Origin: a bacterium
Lineage (GTDB): Bacteria > Margulisbacteria > Marinamargulisbacteria > GCA-2716485 > GCA-002719695
Assembly: GCA_002719695.1 (NCBI GenBank)
Contig: PBEQ01000008.1
Location: 14,725-58,312, forward strand
Length of the DNA stretch: 43,588 bases
Direction of reading: 5' to 3'
The translations under genes were made by a program, and so were the position numbers. Below are positions 10,101-19,402 of the stretch, piece after piece. How positions within the stretch are numbered: the first letter of the stretch is position 1; each line of letters starts with the position of its first letter. The notes under the pieces are model-generated. The model searched no databases, was not told the DNA's origin, and saw only the letters and a list, made by a program, of their open reading frames with translations.

Positions 10101-13100
10101 GGAAATGTTGGAATTGGAACAGCAGATCCTGGTTATGATCTTGATGTTAATGGGACTGTTTTTGCAACGAGTTTTAATGCTTTAGAGTCAAAAATTAGTT
10201 CAGTCAATAATCTTACTGTTCAGACCTTAAATACAGCAACAGCTGCTTCTGTAACGTTTAATGTCGTTACAATGAATGCTGTTGATGTTAATACCTTAAC
10301 ATTTGGACCGAATGTTGGATTTAGTTTTGATTCTTTAGTTAGTTCTGGGGGCGGTGATATTTTAAATTTAGACTTAGATAATGATATTTCTGTTACTACC
10401 ATGAATAATGTTTCAACGTTAAATGTTAAGCAAGATAATAATTCTAAACTTATTATTTCAAATCAACTAACGGCTGTAACGGGAAATATTTTTACCAAAG
10501 TTGAATTAATGGATGGATCTGTTTCGGCTATGGAAGTTTTATTGTCGTTAAAATCGCCATCAATTAATTTAACCATTGCTGGTGATAATAAAATGAGTGC
10601 AGGATCTTTAATTGTATCTAATAATCAGTATCAAACATTAGTTGCTGATCAATCTTACTTGTATATTAATGAGAGTTTTCCTGACAGTGATAGTTATCGC
10701 TATCCTGTTAACATAGAATTACAGGTTACAACAAATACAATAAATGGTAATACGACGTCATTTGTATCAGGTAATGTTAAGTCGTGGAATGCTTTAGGTA
10801 TATTTAGTGGGGTAACTGCTAATAATAGTTTAAATGCTATTTCTTTAGAACCACATTCCAATCATCAACAAACCTGGATGGTTGTTTCTAAGCAACTTGA
10901 TAAACAAGCTAATGGTCCAATATTGACCGATACTACCCTTGATTTAAGGCTATATGAATTTGAGAACGAAGATGATAGTAAATTAGATTTTACAAATATT
11001 ACTGCAGGTAGTAATTATATAGCGCCTTCTTTGTATATAACAGCAACGGGTAACGTTGCCTTATTTCCACAGCCGGTTGATCTTCAGGATTTGGCAAGCC
11101 TAGCAACATTTAATGTTTTTGGAACGGCTGCTTTTGAAAATGTTGTGGCACCTACTTTAAATGTTGCTACTATTAATTCTATTGAAAACCTTTCTATAGG
11201 AGAGATTGGGGGCTATATAGCTGTTAATAGTACCGTTACGATGAATGCAACTATGTATGTTGCTGATAAATTAGAAATGAAAATTATGGCTACGGAAGGT
11301 AGTGATAATGATTACTTGGGTATTGTTAACGATGAATTTGCATTATATGCTGCCACGGCTAATGAGGTTGGTACTACTGCAGATTTATGGATGCATGTAA
11401 AGCGTGATGGAGGTTTTAGTGTTAGCGTTAATTTAATGCAGGATTTTACGTTTCGAAATGGTGCTATTATTGTTTTTTCTGATAAAGGGGTGCCTACACC
11501 ATCTAATTTAATGGTTACAACTAATTCATTACCTGATCATTATGTTTTGTCTTTTAATGATCCTTCAACATCCAATCGAGTATCTTTACAATCTACTATT
11601 TCAGGAGATACGGTTTTTGCTAACAATAGCATTACCTTAAATAGTTTAGATATTGGGATTGAACGTAATGAGGTTAATTCTTCTCGAGTTATTAGAGGCT
11701 TAGATATACAAGTTGCTTCTGCAAATTTAAACGATGCTATTGTTGGGTTACGGGTTTCAATGAATGGTCTTGCTAATACAACTAGTTCATTTAAAAATGC
11801 TGCCATTTTTAATGGAGGCGATGTTTTATTGGTATCTAAAAATATTGATTTTGATTCATTTTCTCTTGGAAACCCTTCCGCTAATTTCCATATTGCTTCA
11901 CGTAATATGGGGGCTTCCCCAAATTTTATTATTGCTAATAATAATTTTAATTTACTGACAGTATCGTCCAATAAGGTTGGTGTAGGTGTTTCAACAAATG
12001 CTGTTTTAGATAGTTTGGTCTATGTGGAAACGCAATCGTATTCTTCTAGCACAAACGATGGATCTCTTTTTGCTATTAAGGATCAAAATGGATTGCCTTT
12101 TATTGATATAAAGCAATCAACTAATAATCAGATTACATTAAACAGTACCGTTTTATTTCAAAATCAAGCGACATCTAATTTCACATTTTTAGATACTGAT
12201 AGCATACAACTAAATCAATCGGATGTTTTTACCTTTGATTTTATTAATCACAATATTGGTATGAGACAAGCAACTCCAATTGCTCAATTTCATGCCAAAG
12301 ATGTTTTAACTCGTGAGGTTGTTGATAAAGCAAGAAAGACAATTCAGATACTTGATGCTATTGATAATCAGAATATGAATATAACGGGTTTTGATATTTC
12401 TATTGGGTCTGAAGAAAATAATGAGATGGATGCTGCCGTTTTAAAGGCAATCAATATTGATATGACAACGTTAGATGTTGATCCAGATTCAGTAATTTAT
12501 GGTATGTATGTAGATGTAACAGAAAATGAAACAGTATCTGCTAATAGTATTGTTTTTAAACAGGGTAATGTTGGTATTGGGACTACTCAAATTAACCCAA
12601 GAGATGTGTTAGATATTGAAGGGACATTATATGTTGGAGAAAATTTGCTAACTCCATCTGATAATATTTATATTAATGCTCAACAGGTAACTGCAAGTTC
12701 ATTAGCTGTTAGTAAAGGGTTAGCTGTTAATTCAGATGTTGTATGGACTAATATCGAGACAGAGGAATTGGTTTTTTCAGAAATGTTTGATCCAACTGGA
12801 TCGCAATATTCTTTTGATTTTGATAATTTTTTTCAGGCAGATGATATTACGATTAACATTCTTTCTTTTCCCGATGTAAGTGGTACTGAATTATATCTAA
12901 AGCCTCTAGCAAAATTAGTGATAGGAACAAGTATTACTTTAGAAGATAATCAATCTATTTTAGTTGATTCTGGATCACAAAAAGTTTATATGAGAGATGT
13001 TTATATGGACAGTACCAAGGAGTTATCTGTGTCTACCATAAATGCTCAGGCTCAAATAATAGATGTTTATGGCGGTATTCGTTTAAATAACGTTGCTAAG

Positions 13101-16100
13101 ATAGAGGTGTTAGAAGCTCCTTATTTTCAATTTAGTACTAATACAACTACATTAAATAATTCTTTAACGGCATCTGGTAGCAAAATTTGGTTTACCCCTT
13201 CTGGTAATAAAGAGGTTGCTCTAGGATTAGGGGGTACTTCCTCAGTTCAAAATGGATACATTCCTGTTGCAAGTCAAGGCGGATTAACATTTAACCAGAC
13301 GTTAAGAATTGAAGACTCAGGTAAAAATACAGTCCTGATTGTTTCTAAAAATGAGATCTTAGCTAAACTTGATGCAACAAGTGCCTTTCCTCTCAATGGA
13401 CTAGAAAATATTGATTTGCAATTAAATTATCGTTCTCCTTCAGAACTTAACGCTGCTAATGACTTAAATATGAAAGGATTATATGTTCGGGTTACATCTT
13501 CTAATTTGTCAGATCAGGAAAGTTCAGATGATGTAGTAACTGGCGTTAGTATTAATATGTCAGAGTTAATGGCTGATTATTATTTAGGTGGCGGTGTGTT
13601 AGCCGATGTAAAAAAACATGCTGCTATTTTTGAAGGAGGTCGTGTTTTATTTTCCCCGTCATACAACAGTACGATTCCAACGCCCACTTCTCGTGTTATT
13701 GGCCAGGATACGCAGGGGAATGATATTACGATTGGTGTTGATGTTTATGTTTCTAGTAATATTCACGAGGATACTAATCTTGCGAAACTTTACCAAGATT
13801 TTTTAGTTGAGTTAAGTACGGGTAACAACCAGTCTGTATTTGCTATTGATCATACTATGGGAGTTAATGCAGATGATAATGGTAATCAGCTATTTGTTGA
13901 TATTGGTGTTTCACGTAATAGTACAACAAGTTTTGATACTAATGACTATATGGTTCAAATTGCAACAACCAATAGCGACTTGGTTAGTATCAGATCAAAT
14001 TCAAATGATATGTTTACAATTAAAAATGATACGGTTTTTATAGGTGATACCAGTGGTTTACAACCAAATTTATCTGTTAGTTTTAATATAAAACCTTATA
14101 GTGCTTCTGCGGTTATTGTAAGCATGAATAAACTTAAGATTGATGATAAGGGAGTGGCTGTAGGTGGTTCTTATAACCCTAGTGATCGCGTAGCTAACTT
14201 AGATATTCGTGCTACGAGTCCTACTAGTAATGTGACATTTTCAGATAGTAGTACTACGTTTGGTGTAATTACAAAAAATGTTGATCATATTCAGTTTTTA
14301 ATTAATACGGCAAACGTTACTAATCAGACTAGTTTAGCTAGTGGCCTTGTCCACCCAAATATAGACTTCGCTTTAATAACAACTAACGCAAGCCCTATTT
14401 TTATTGGACATGATAACTCAGCAAGAAATTCAATATTTAATCGGTATGCCGTAGTTATTCAAAATAATGATAACTTACAAGCTGTAGATGATAGTTTTTT
14501 AAGTCTTGGTGTAAGTTCAAATGTCACCATGTCTGAAATCGTATTTGGATCTGAATCATTAAAATTTATGGCTAATAATAACTCTGTTTTAACGTTTTAT
14601 CATCCTAATCGAGATGGTAATTTAAAGGTTGGTTTATTTGTTGATCAGCCTACTGAAACCTTTACATTAAATCGTTTTTCACCTACCCATCATTTTATGC
14701 ATGTTACGGATGATTCCGGTAATGAGCCGTTTTTTATTGATTTAAATAATAAAATTGGCGTTGGTGGCATTACTACTAGTTTAGTAGCTGATTTAACTGT
14801 TTCTGGTCAAATGTTAATTAATCGTATTGAATATTCAGAGGATGCCAAAACGCGTTTGATTGTTAATGGAACGGTTGAAGTTTCTGGAAATAATTATATT
14901 GGTGCTAATCCACTTGTTATCGATATTACCCAAAATAGTATGGAGCAGTTTATTGCTAAGGATATTGTATCTAACTTAAATACGGATATCTGGGATCATA
15001 ATATAGCGGGTTATGCAATAACGATTGGCAACCAAAGTGTTTCAAACTCAGGTTTTCCTCATTATGGTTTATATTCAGATGTAAGGGATCTAGATGCTAA
15101 GGCTGCGGAAGATTCGTACAAGTATGCAGGTGTTTTTTATGGTAAGTCAGGAAGTCAATATGATTCTAAGGTTGTTATTGATTTAGTGGCTGATCCTAGT
15201 AAGTATTGGACACATCATAAGAAACAAGCTTGTACTCAACTTCCGGGTTTTACAACTAACGACGGCAATAACTGTTTAAAAAATGTAAATTATGATTTTC
15301 CGTTAACGGTTATTGCTTCTGATAACTTAAGCACAGGTACGGAGATTGTTTCGTTTCGTAATGGAGATAGTGGAATCACGTTTAATTTTACATTAGTTCC
15401 TTTGGGAGTAACGGCTAATAATAATAATACTAATCTTAAAACAGATGGGGTTTTTGATACTCAATTAACAATGAGAAGTTTTGCTAATACCTTGCCTGAT
15501 GGGGATAATAATATACCGTTAGTTCAAAGTTTTTTAACAGAGATTTGGATTGCTCTTACCGACGCACAGATTATTAATAATGACGGACAGATTAATGAAA
15601 CTAACATGGCACAATTTAATAATATTAATACATTTCCTCCTATCGCATCCATTTCAGAAAATATTTTTGCTGTTTTAGAAAGTTTTACAACTCAAAATGT
15701 TTTTGCGATGCAATATGAGTTTAATTATAATCAAACAGAAGCTAATATTTGTGTTATTGATGATCTTGTTGGAGAAATTTGGGTACCGGAAAGCCCTAAT
15801 AGTCGTCCACATCCTGATTTTGGTGATTGTGTTCATAGTAGTTTTGTTTCAGAAAGTACAGGAACTGGTAATAAAACAATGTTTCCATTAGCATTTTCAA
15901 CGGGTAATGATCCTGCCTTTTTAGAATTATTTAATATTGCTCGAGTAGGGATTAATTTAGTTACAGCTAATAATGCGTTTGTGAATGGCGATGTTAAGTT
16001 TTCAGAAACATTGGTTATTGGCAGTCTTTCGGATTTAGATGTTGGTGTAACAACTGATTATAAAGATACTACTTTAAAACTTTATCAGGGTGGTTCTGAT

Positions 16101-18554
16101 AATGTAAACGATGACAGTATAGGTGACCATTCTTTTAAAACAAAGAATGGGTTTCATATGGATTTTGAAGATTATGTTGCTAGTATTTTTTTAGAGGCAA
16201 ATAGTAACTATTTCCATACTACCCCTAATGTTCATGATTATGTCGATCTTGATCAACATAAACTTACGGTACTTAATAAAGGCGTTATTCGATATCGCTA
16301 TATGTCTTATAAGACTCGTCATCAAGATGTTCGAATTGGACAATATGTTCCTCAGACAGATGCGTTTAATGATCTGATAAATCCTGATGCGACTGTGATT
16401 TTTTCGGGTGGGCCGTGTATTTCTCCGGAATTATCGTCAGATGAAAATTGTTCAGAAAATTTGGATGTTTTATCCATTGGTCGAGACAATCGGTTTCTTG
16501 GAGAAAATATCTATGCTTCTCATCTTAAAGTTAATTTGCAAGAGTTAGCAGGAAATAATGATATCCAATTTAGTATTGGATCTACAATCGGTTCAGAGTT
16601 TCAAGCACCTTTAATTGCGGGTGCCTATATGGATACATCCTATGTTGGTATAGGACGTGCTTTTGATACACTCAATAAACCAAAATCGGTTTTACATGTT
16701 AAAGATTACTCAGATTTTTCAAGTGATGGTTATGTTGAATTTTTTCAAACCAGTTCCATTGATCCTGACTTGTTTTTATATGGTGCAGAAGCCAATCAAG
16801 AGATGTATTTTAAATCAAAAGAACATAGTTATGATAACTTTGGTATCCCTACTAGCCTTAGAACGGCTGCTGAAGAAGGTGCTGGTTGTGATGGTGATTA
16901 TCGGGTGTATGGCAATAAGCCTATTTGGGATAATTTTACACCATTTGGGTCAGATCCAACATATTTTGAGCTTTTGCCTACCCACAATATATGGGAAGAC
17001 CTAAATGATTTTTCAAGAACAGTATTTGCTCCTACTACTAAGAATGAAGTGATAAGTTATATAGGAAGCGGTACTGATGGTTATCAGAATACCATTAATA
17101 GTTTTACTCTTGAAAATGGAGCTCAAAGAGAATCTGTTTATTCCTGCCATTATTTTGCGTGGATTGTTAAAGATGTTTTGGGGGTTGATTATCAAGGGCA
17201 ACCTACTGGCCAAAATGCTAATAGCCCAACATTAGCGACGAGTAATGTTAACCTTTCTTCTACTGCGTTTCCAAATGTAGGTCCACAGCAAACACAGGTA
17301 TGTTCAATTGACCTATATAATTGGAGTGATTTTGTTACAAAATTTAATGCAGGTTGTTATATACAACAAATGAAAGATAATAACATCGCCTTTCCTGATT
17401 TATTACGCTTAGATGACTCTTCGAATTCGCCTCGATTTGTACCACGTTCCCATGATTCTGTTCCGGCAGCTGCATCGCCTGTCACTACTTATGATGCTGG
17501 TACTTATAGAAATTATGGATCTATTGCTGCGAGAGATTGTAAGAAAGTTGATTTTGATACTTTTCCAGACAACGATACTGTAGCCAGAGATACACCACTC
17601 ACATATGGTGAACTCACAGACTCAGAAAAAAGAACATGGTCGTATGTAACTAAAAATGAAGATAAAGATGCTCTTTATCTGATGCAAAACGATAAGAGCG
17701 ATCCGCTTAATATGTGTAGGACAAACTTTGTAAATCCAGTTAAAATCCGTCGATCAGGAGAGTCTGATTTTAACAATAATGACTATTTAACACAAATCGA
17801 AGCTCTTGATGCTTCTAGGCCTATTTTAGCGTTAAACTTTGTTAATTCGACAATTGGAGAAGGGACTAATTTTGCTTCATTTTTTTCAGGGCCTGAGCCT
17901 AACGTTCCTTTAGGAGAAATTGAAGGCATGGATACTAGCATTTCCAGTTCTTTAGGTGCAGGTGTTCAGTTTTCGTCACCTGGAAGAGATTATGCAGAGT
18001 ATATGATTAAAAGAGATCCAAATGAAGTGATTAACCCAGGTGATATTGTTGGTGTTTTTTCTGGTGAAATATCCTTAGATACCCATGATGCTGATACCAT
18101 TATGGTTATATCTAGTGCGCCTGTTGTGGTTGGTAATTTTCCAGGTGATGATGTGAAACATTTATATGAATTAATTGCATTTCTTGGACAGGTTCCTGTA
18201 AAAGTTATCGGAGGGGTTAATCCAGGTGATATTTTGGTTCCTTCTGGTAAAGGTGATGGTACCGCTATTGCTGTTCATGAAGATAACTTATTATCAGAGC
18301 AATTACCACTTATTATTGGCCGAGCTTGGGATGGGTATGAGGGGGATGATGTCGCTTACATTAATACGTTGGTTGGATTTTCGTTTAATATTGATATTAT
18401 TAATCGTTATATTCATAAAGCTGAACAACGCTTGGATGATGAAAAAGATGCTAATAAGCAGTTAGATGAATCATTAAAAGCTCATTTAAAAGAACAACAA
18501 GATTTAATTAAACGGTTAGAAAAAGCCTTATCAATGAACAAGGATTCACAATGA
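4194..18554 (+). CDS. Giant (4786 aa) secreted tail-fibre-like adhesin with C-terminal peptidase-G2-like autocleaving chaperone (giant 1)
   Basis: 14.4-kb uninterrupted ORF. Signal peptide (RKYLILIFLFITTGLYA; start could be ATG 4206), GNVGIGT-type repeats, YadA-head-like GGxxN repeats (~5930-6320), RDYAEY...PGDIVGV...FLGQVPVKV...GDIL...IIGRAW domain (~17990-18390) and terminal coiled coil. Confidence 0.8.
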   Translation: MWVFMTLEIRKYLILIFLFITTGLYAGYNDMVLTPYLYDHLKQEPYNGNFDIRVGFVTANYYKNMFICPYSESDSSECHLINATVNNGQTVLKLENMDDLDALITANLQLKLKLDSGVSIIPEDDNYLFNSSAFSILSYKTDYVQFPQAEKLVSSSSFVNPVLVESDVDFGWMLFSKTAPYLGKRDSAQNVMVDVATINVKENLYVNGQPIGESFLWKTSNKGRIYVETGVDLAIKKFSDGVPVGEPLYSVQVVGSIAANEFFQSDSPFTLFSDWVTRDARPEYLEPVNTEVMYFEKVTQNIGFGVADLKDRLNSNGILLTGNINTNTVTSGSVFFKNNEFFGVKHQAGSNEIVTFNPIQSNGSENQLAFFNDANNISSDPRAKIQTNSNSTVTLFDTERFFRLTDSFAVVSSKNNYLFGINFDQGNVVISKNTDFGYKLGVNGKIDAKDYYLRGFPISMQMASGEYFYRNLAVSTEDNYKIYYDRGHIALGAFESMDSRSSLEIGTPLREDNQVPINPALSFTKRAQGSGDDTGYSLGINSSYNDQFFLVNGYDLNVNDPLLSIKKNYLGMGIVEAKANLHVSGNAGVLIQGQLRFFDDVYRQDVIDAFNQPGSQLQFNPYSASFRSGMFFDSENYFTNVGVFSAGTGYSNQVSGNLAAALGGASQRVAGFYSTAMGGTSNDILSGFSFSGGKGSYIDHHGSFVFSHSGFLPVGVTSISQDDRLKTTDTRQFLIGTPQNSFAPAYLGINTNNAYGLATIKARSIVPSVFEEMLSLSSSNATILVNALKDEKFIDSDGDLLVYKDRYFTQYFSANDLPIIASINSVQVYQNLVATLNNNNHNYWNSNNAITSTNLREWALVPTGNWDDLFMPVLDGNSSTPVFNNNANVGIRFHTLFVSKNVSKTAEKFNDALKTIGIYDENSSFKQCGNYGTWSTSTITSDIIEGYVDTIDSVLSNELESFTNITTTNVKDFMVEELDKEGVDCDAWQDLYITIATVNKKIYQKDVDVPNFEASFCDGSDTWQCQYTYYAYSNYLSSTVYSQLFDAIRSNIDRFVLDLDSVASGSYLLSDLDQGFIDDISFDGSTSITSVDVQAVLEKLLTTNIVLLEGQNQDAVFRVQNNNSINLGFDEFVNNADFAISGNIAIVEPRVESFISTPSLIKIDNLYDPYFDYSSNQPSSYADSLLVRKAPQSQVPSPTFVINSKGIVGLGEVVSTDSYFLQVSGELMATVFTTPAGDLTPPDDVVIVFLHEDTTPNIYFTQGFLGLGVASPNSLLHLGYSSLHTPSDPVLTFDYFNDDIIKVGGASSSNPGFKIGSPDSFYTAPALFVSGNQTGDPQLPGFFTSQAGVISGNLGISSTLQVNTDNVMEAGFASNEIKTNVLFLKNDNNQFVKVSASGFPWNFDIDKRLIYLNDGTLIGIHTSFPQYDLDVSGNLNFIGNEQASFNVLNNVRLHELFLTTNVTDDVTNMNLAFKDTVVDSKLFVESQNLILKFNNVDFNQTSDITAGEGYCGDFVIFQQLTDVYSSKFHDPDPDNGIPPCFEGPDTNYEGYPTSEVNFSFDFRDVTYNFFTYNDTAKDWDLATSGRVTENMSILEITGNILLDLDSPTVNTDIVFPSSDSENVLYFGKSQDTSIRHKGDYWADSYSFSAVSLNVVITNNSGNDFTSAITGIDIQIDNIDSTGQTKSLTNGTEVVGLYVDVTNVSVQDSGVDTRGYRYPAVFMGDVLMATSNALTHITRNMGVLTGRLETETSYNYLLAVQGTLKAVGQKADLIISDGLFSPSLQVNAGFINAFNANIDSNKARVGINKTNPQVELDIDGNIRASYWEANKGALRSNYLSHSNDTFIVNQNGFVGFGVTEQADNDGDVLFYKLFDETSLANLSNAFIYKSYQLDVTKDITFSNNVTGLSLAFPMEDDNFFGMMDSSQATAVLKGLDVNLSDISLTNNARLIGVSVNVLDNSNSYAAVFLSGNVGIGTADPGYDLDVNGTVFATSFNALESKISSVNNLTVQTLNTATAASVTFNVVTMNAVDVNTLTFGPNVGFSFDSLVSSGGGDILNLDLDNDISVTTMNNVSTLNVKQDNNSKLIISNQLTAVTGNIFTKVELMDGSVSAMEVLLSLKSPSINLTIAGDNKMSAGSLIVSNNQYQTLVADQSYLYINESFPDSDSYRYPVNIELQVTTNTINGNTTSFVSGNVKSWNALGIFSGVTANNSLNAISLEPHSNHQQTWMVVSKQLDKQANGPILTDTTLDLRLYEFENEDDSKLDFTNITAGSNYIAPSLYITATGNVALFPQPVDLQDLASLATFNVFGTAAFENVVAPTLNVATINSIENLSIGEIGGYIAVNSTVTMNATMYVADKLEMKIMATEGSDNDYLGIVNDEFALYAATANEVGTTADLWMHVKRDGGFSVSVNLMQDFTFRNGAIIVFSDKGVPTPSNLMVTTNSLPDHYVLSFNDPSTSNRVSLQSTISGDTVFANNSITLNSLDIGIERNEVNSSRVIRGLDIQVASANLNDAIVGLRVSMNGLANTTSSFKNAAIFNGGDVLLVSKNIDFDSFSLGNPSANFHIASRNMGASPNFIIANNNFNLLTVSSNKVGVGVSTNAVLDSLVYVETQSYSSSTNDGSLFAIKDQNGLPFIDIKQSTNNQITLNSTVLFQNQATSNFTFLDTDSIQLNQSDVFTFDFINHNIGMRQATPIAQFHAKDVLTREVVDKARKTIQILDAIDNQNMNITGFDISIGSEENNEMDAAVLKAINIDMTTLDVDPDSVIYGMYVDVTENETVSANSIVFKQGNVGIGTTQINPRDVLDIEGTLYVGENLLTPSDNIYINAQQVTASSLAVSKGLAVNSDVVWTNIETEELVFSEMFDPTGSQYSFDFDNFFQADDITINILSFPDVSGTELYLKPLAKLVIGTSITLEDNQSILVDSGSQKVYMRDVYMDSTKELSVSTINAQAQIIDVYGGIRLNNVAKIEVLEAPYFQFSTNTTTLNNSLTASGSKIWFTPSGNKEVALGLGGTSSVQNGYIPVASQGGLTFNQTLRIEDSGKNTVLIVSKNEILAKLDATSAFPLNGLENIDLQLNYRSPSELNAANDLNMKGLYVRVTSSNLSDQESSDDVVTGVSINMSELMADYYLGGGVLADVKKHAAIFEGGRVLFSPSYNSTIPTPTSRVIGQDTQGNDITIGVDVYVSSNIHEDTNLAKLYQDFLVELSTGNNQSVFAIDHTMGVNADDNGNQLFVDIGVSRNSTTSFDTNDYMVQIATTNSDLVSIRSNSNDMFTIKNDTVFIGDTSGLQPNLSVSFNIKPYSASAVIVSMNKLKIDDKGVAVGGSYNPSDRVANLDIRATSPTSNVTFSDSSTTFGVITKNVDHIQFLINTANVTNQTSLASGLVHPNIDFALITTNASPIFIGHDNSARNSIFNRYAVVIQNNDNLQAVDDSFLSLGVSSNVTMSEIVFGSESLKFMANNNSVLTFYHPNRDGNLKVGLFVDQPTETFTLNRFSPTHHFMHVTDDSGNEPFFIDLNNKIGVGGITTSLVADLTVSGQMLINRIEYSEDAKTRLIVNGTVEVSGNNYIGANPLVIDITQNSMEQFIAKDIVSNLNTDIWDHNIAGYAITIGNQSVSNSGFPHYGLYSDVRDLDAKAAEDSYKYAGVFYGKSGSQYDSKVVIDLVADPSKYWTHHKKQACTQLPGFTTNDGNNCLKNVNYDFPLTVIASDNLSTGTEIVSFRNGDSGITFNFTLVPLGVTANNNNTNLKTDGVFDTQLTMRSFANTLPDGDNNIPLVQSFLTEIWIALTDAQIINNDGQINETNMAQFNNINTFPPIASISENIFAVLESFTTQNVFAMQYEFNYNQTEANICVIDDLVGEIWVPESPNSRPHPDFGDCVHSSFVSESTGTGNKTMFPLAFSTGNDPAFLELFNIARVGINLVTANNAFVNGDVKFSETLVIGSLSDLDVGVTTDYKDTTLKLYQGGSDNVNDDSIGDHSFKTKNGFHMDFEDYVASIFLEANSNYFHTTPNVHDYVDLDQHKLTVLNKGVIRYRYMSYKTRHQDVRIGQYVPQTDAFNDLINPDATVIFSGGPCISPELSSDENCSENLDVLSIGRDNRFLGENIYASHLKVNLQELAGNNDIQFSIGSTIGSEFQAPLIAGAYMDTSYVGIGRAFDTLNKPKSVLHVKDYSDFSSDGYVEFFQTSSIDPDLFLYGAEANQEMYFKSKEHSYDNFGIPTSLRTAAEEGAGCDGDYRVYGNKPIWDNFTPFGSDPTYFELLPTHNIWEDLNDFSRTVFAPTTKNEVISYIGSGTDGYQNTINSFTLENGAQRESVYSCHYFAWIVKDVLGVDYQGQPTGQNANSPTLATSNVNLSSTAFPNVGPQQTQVCSIDLYNWSDFVTKFNAGCYIQQMKDNNIAFPDLLRLDDSSNSPRFVPRSHDSVPAAASPVTTYDAGTYRNYGSIAARDCKKVDFDTFPDNDTVARDTPLTYGELTDSEKRTWSYVTKNEDKDALYLMQNDKSDPLNMCRTNFVNPVKIRRSGESDFNNNDYLTQIEALDASRPILALNFVNSTIGEGTNFASFFSGPEPNVPLGEIEGMDTSISSSLGAGVQFSSPGRDYAEYMIKRDPNEVINPGDIVGVFSGEISLDTHDADTIMVISSAPVVVGNFPGDDVKHLYELIAFLGQVPVKVIGGVNPGDILVPSGKGDGTAIAVHEDNLLSEQLPLIIGRAWDGYEGDDVAYINTLVGFSFNIDIINRYIHKAEQRLDDEKDANKQLDESLKAHLKEQQDLIKRLEKALSMNKDSQ

Positions 18555-19402
18555 TAATAAAAATGATTTCCTTATTTTTAACATATTGTCGCTCAGAATG
18601 TTCATTTTCTGATCATACCTGTCATGCTTATGAAAGAGATTTAAACCAATTTATAGCGGTGTCAAATTATCAATCATCGGGTTCATTAACGGGTTATTAT
18701 GAATGGTTACAGAGTCAGTCATATGCTCCTAAAACTATTCATAGAAAATTAGCATCTTTACGAAGTTTTTTTCAGTTTTGTATTCAAGAGGGTGTTTTAA
18801 ATCCCAATGTTATGCTTGCTATTCCTCGTAGTGTGGCGCCTGTTCGGATTCCTCAGGTAATGGATGAAGAGACTATTAAATTATTATTTAAATTGCCTAA
18901 TATAACTACCCTTAAAGGATTGCGAGATCGTGTCTTACTTGAATTATTGTATAGCACAGGAATGAGAGTGTCCGAATGTACTTCTTTAACACCATCTCAG
19001 ATTGATTTAATGGAAGGTGTCATTACTGTTAATGGCAAAGGTGATCAACAACGGTTAATTCCTTTAACAAATCGCTCTGTAGAGTATTTAACGTTATATT
19101 TAGCAAAGGTAACGAAAAAATCTTGGGTTTTTGAAGGTCGAAACAACCGTCCTATATCTCGTTTTACGGTTTATTCTATTATTAAATCATACGCAATGCG
19201 CTTATCTAAAACTCAGCCTATTTCTCCTCATAGCTTTAGACATGCATTTGCAACCCATTTGTTAGAAGGTGGTGCCAGACTAAGAGATGTTCAAATTTTA
19301 TTGGGACATAAGCAATTAAATTCAACGCAGGTGTATACGAATATTGCAAACTCTGCTATTAAAAAAACGTTTTTACAGGCACATCCAAGGGGGTTAGTAT
19401 GA
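18551..19402 (+). CDS. XerC/XerD-family tyrosine recombinase
   Basis: RDRVLLELLYSTGMRVSE, GKGDQQRLIP, SPHSFRHAFATHLL, LLGH..LNSTQVYT and terminal HPR give an intact R-K-H-R-H-Y catalytic set. XerC and XerD cannot be told apart with certainty; adjacency to a site-2 protease favours xerD. Confidence 0.92.
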   Translation: MIIKMISLFLTYCRSECSFSDHTCHAYERDLNQFIAVSNYQSSGSLTGYYEWLQSQSYAPKTIHRKLASLRSFFQFCIQEGVLNPNVMLAIPRSVAPVRIPQVMDEETIKLLFKLPNITTLKGLRDRVLLELLYSTGMRVSECTSLTPSQIDLMEGVITVNGKGDQQRLIPLTNRSVEYLTLYLAKVTKKSWVFEGRNNRPISRFTVYSIIKSYAMRLSKTQPISPHSFRHAFATHLLEGGARLRDVQILLGHKQLNSTQVYTNIANSAIKKTFLQAHPRGLV

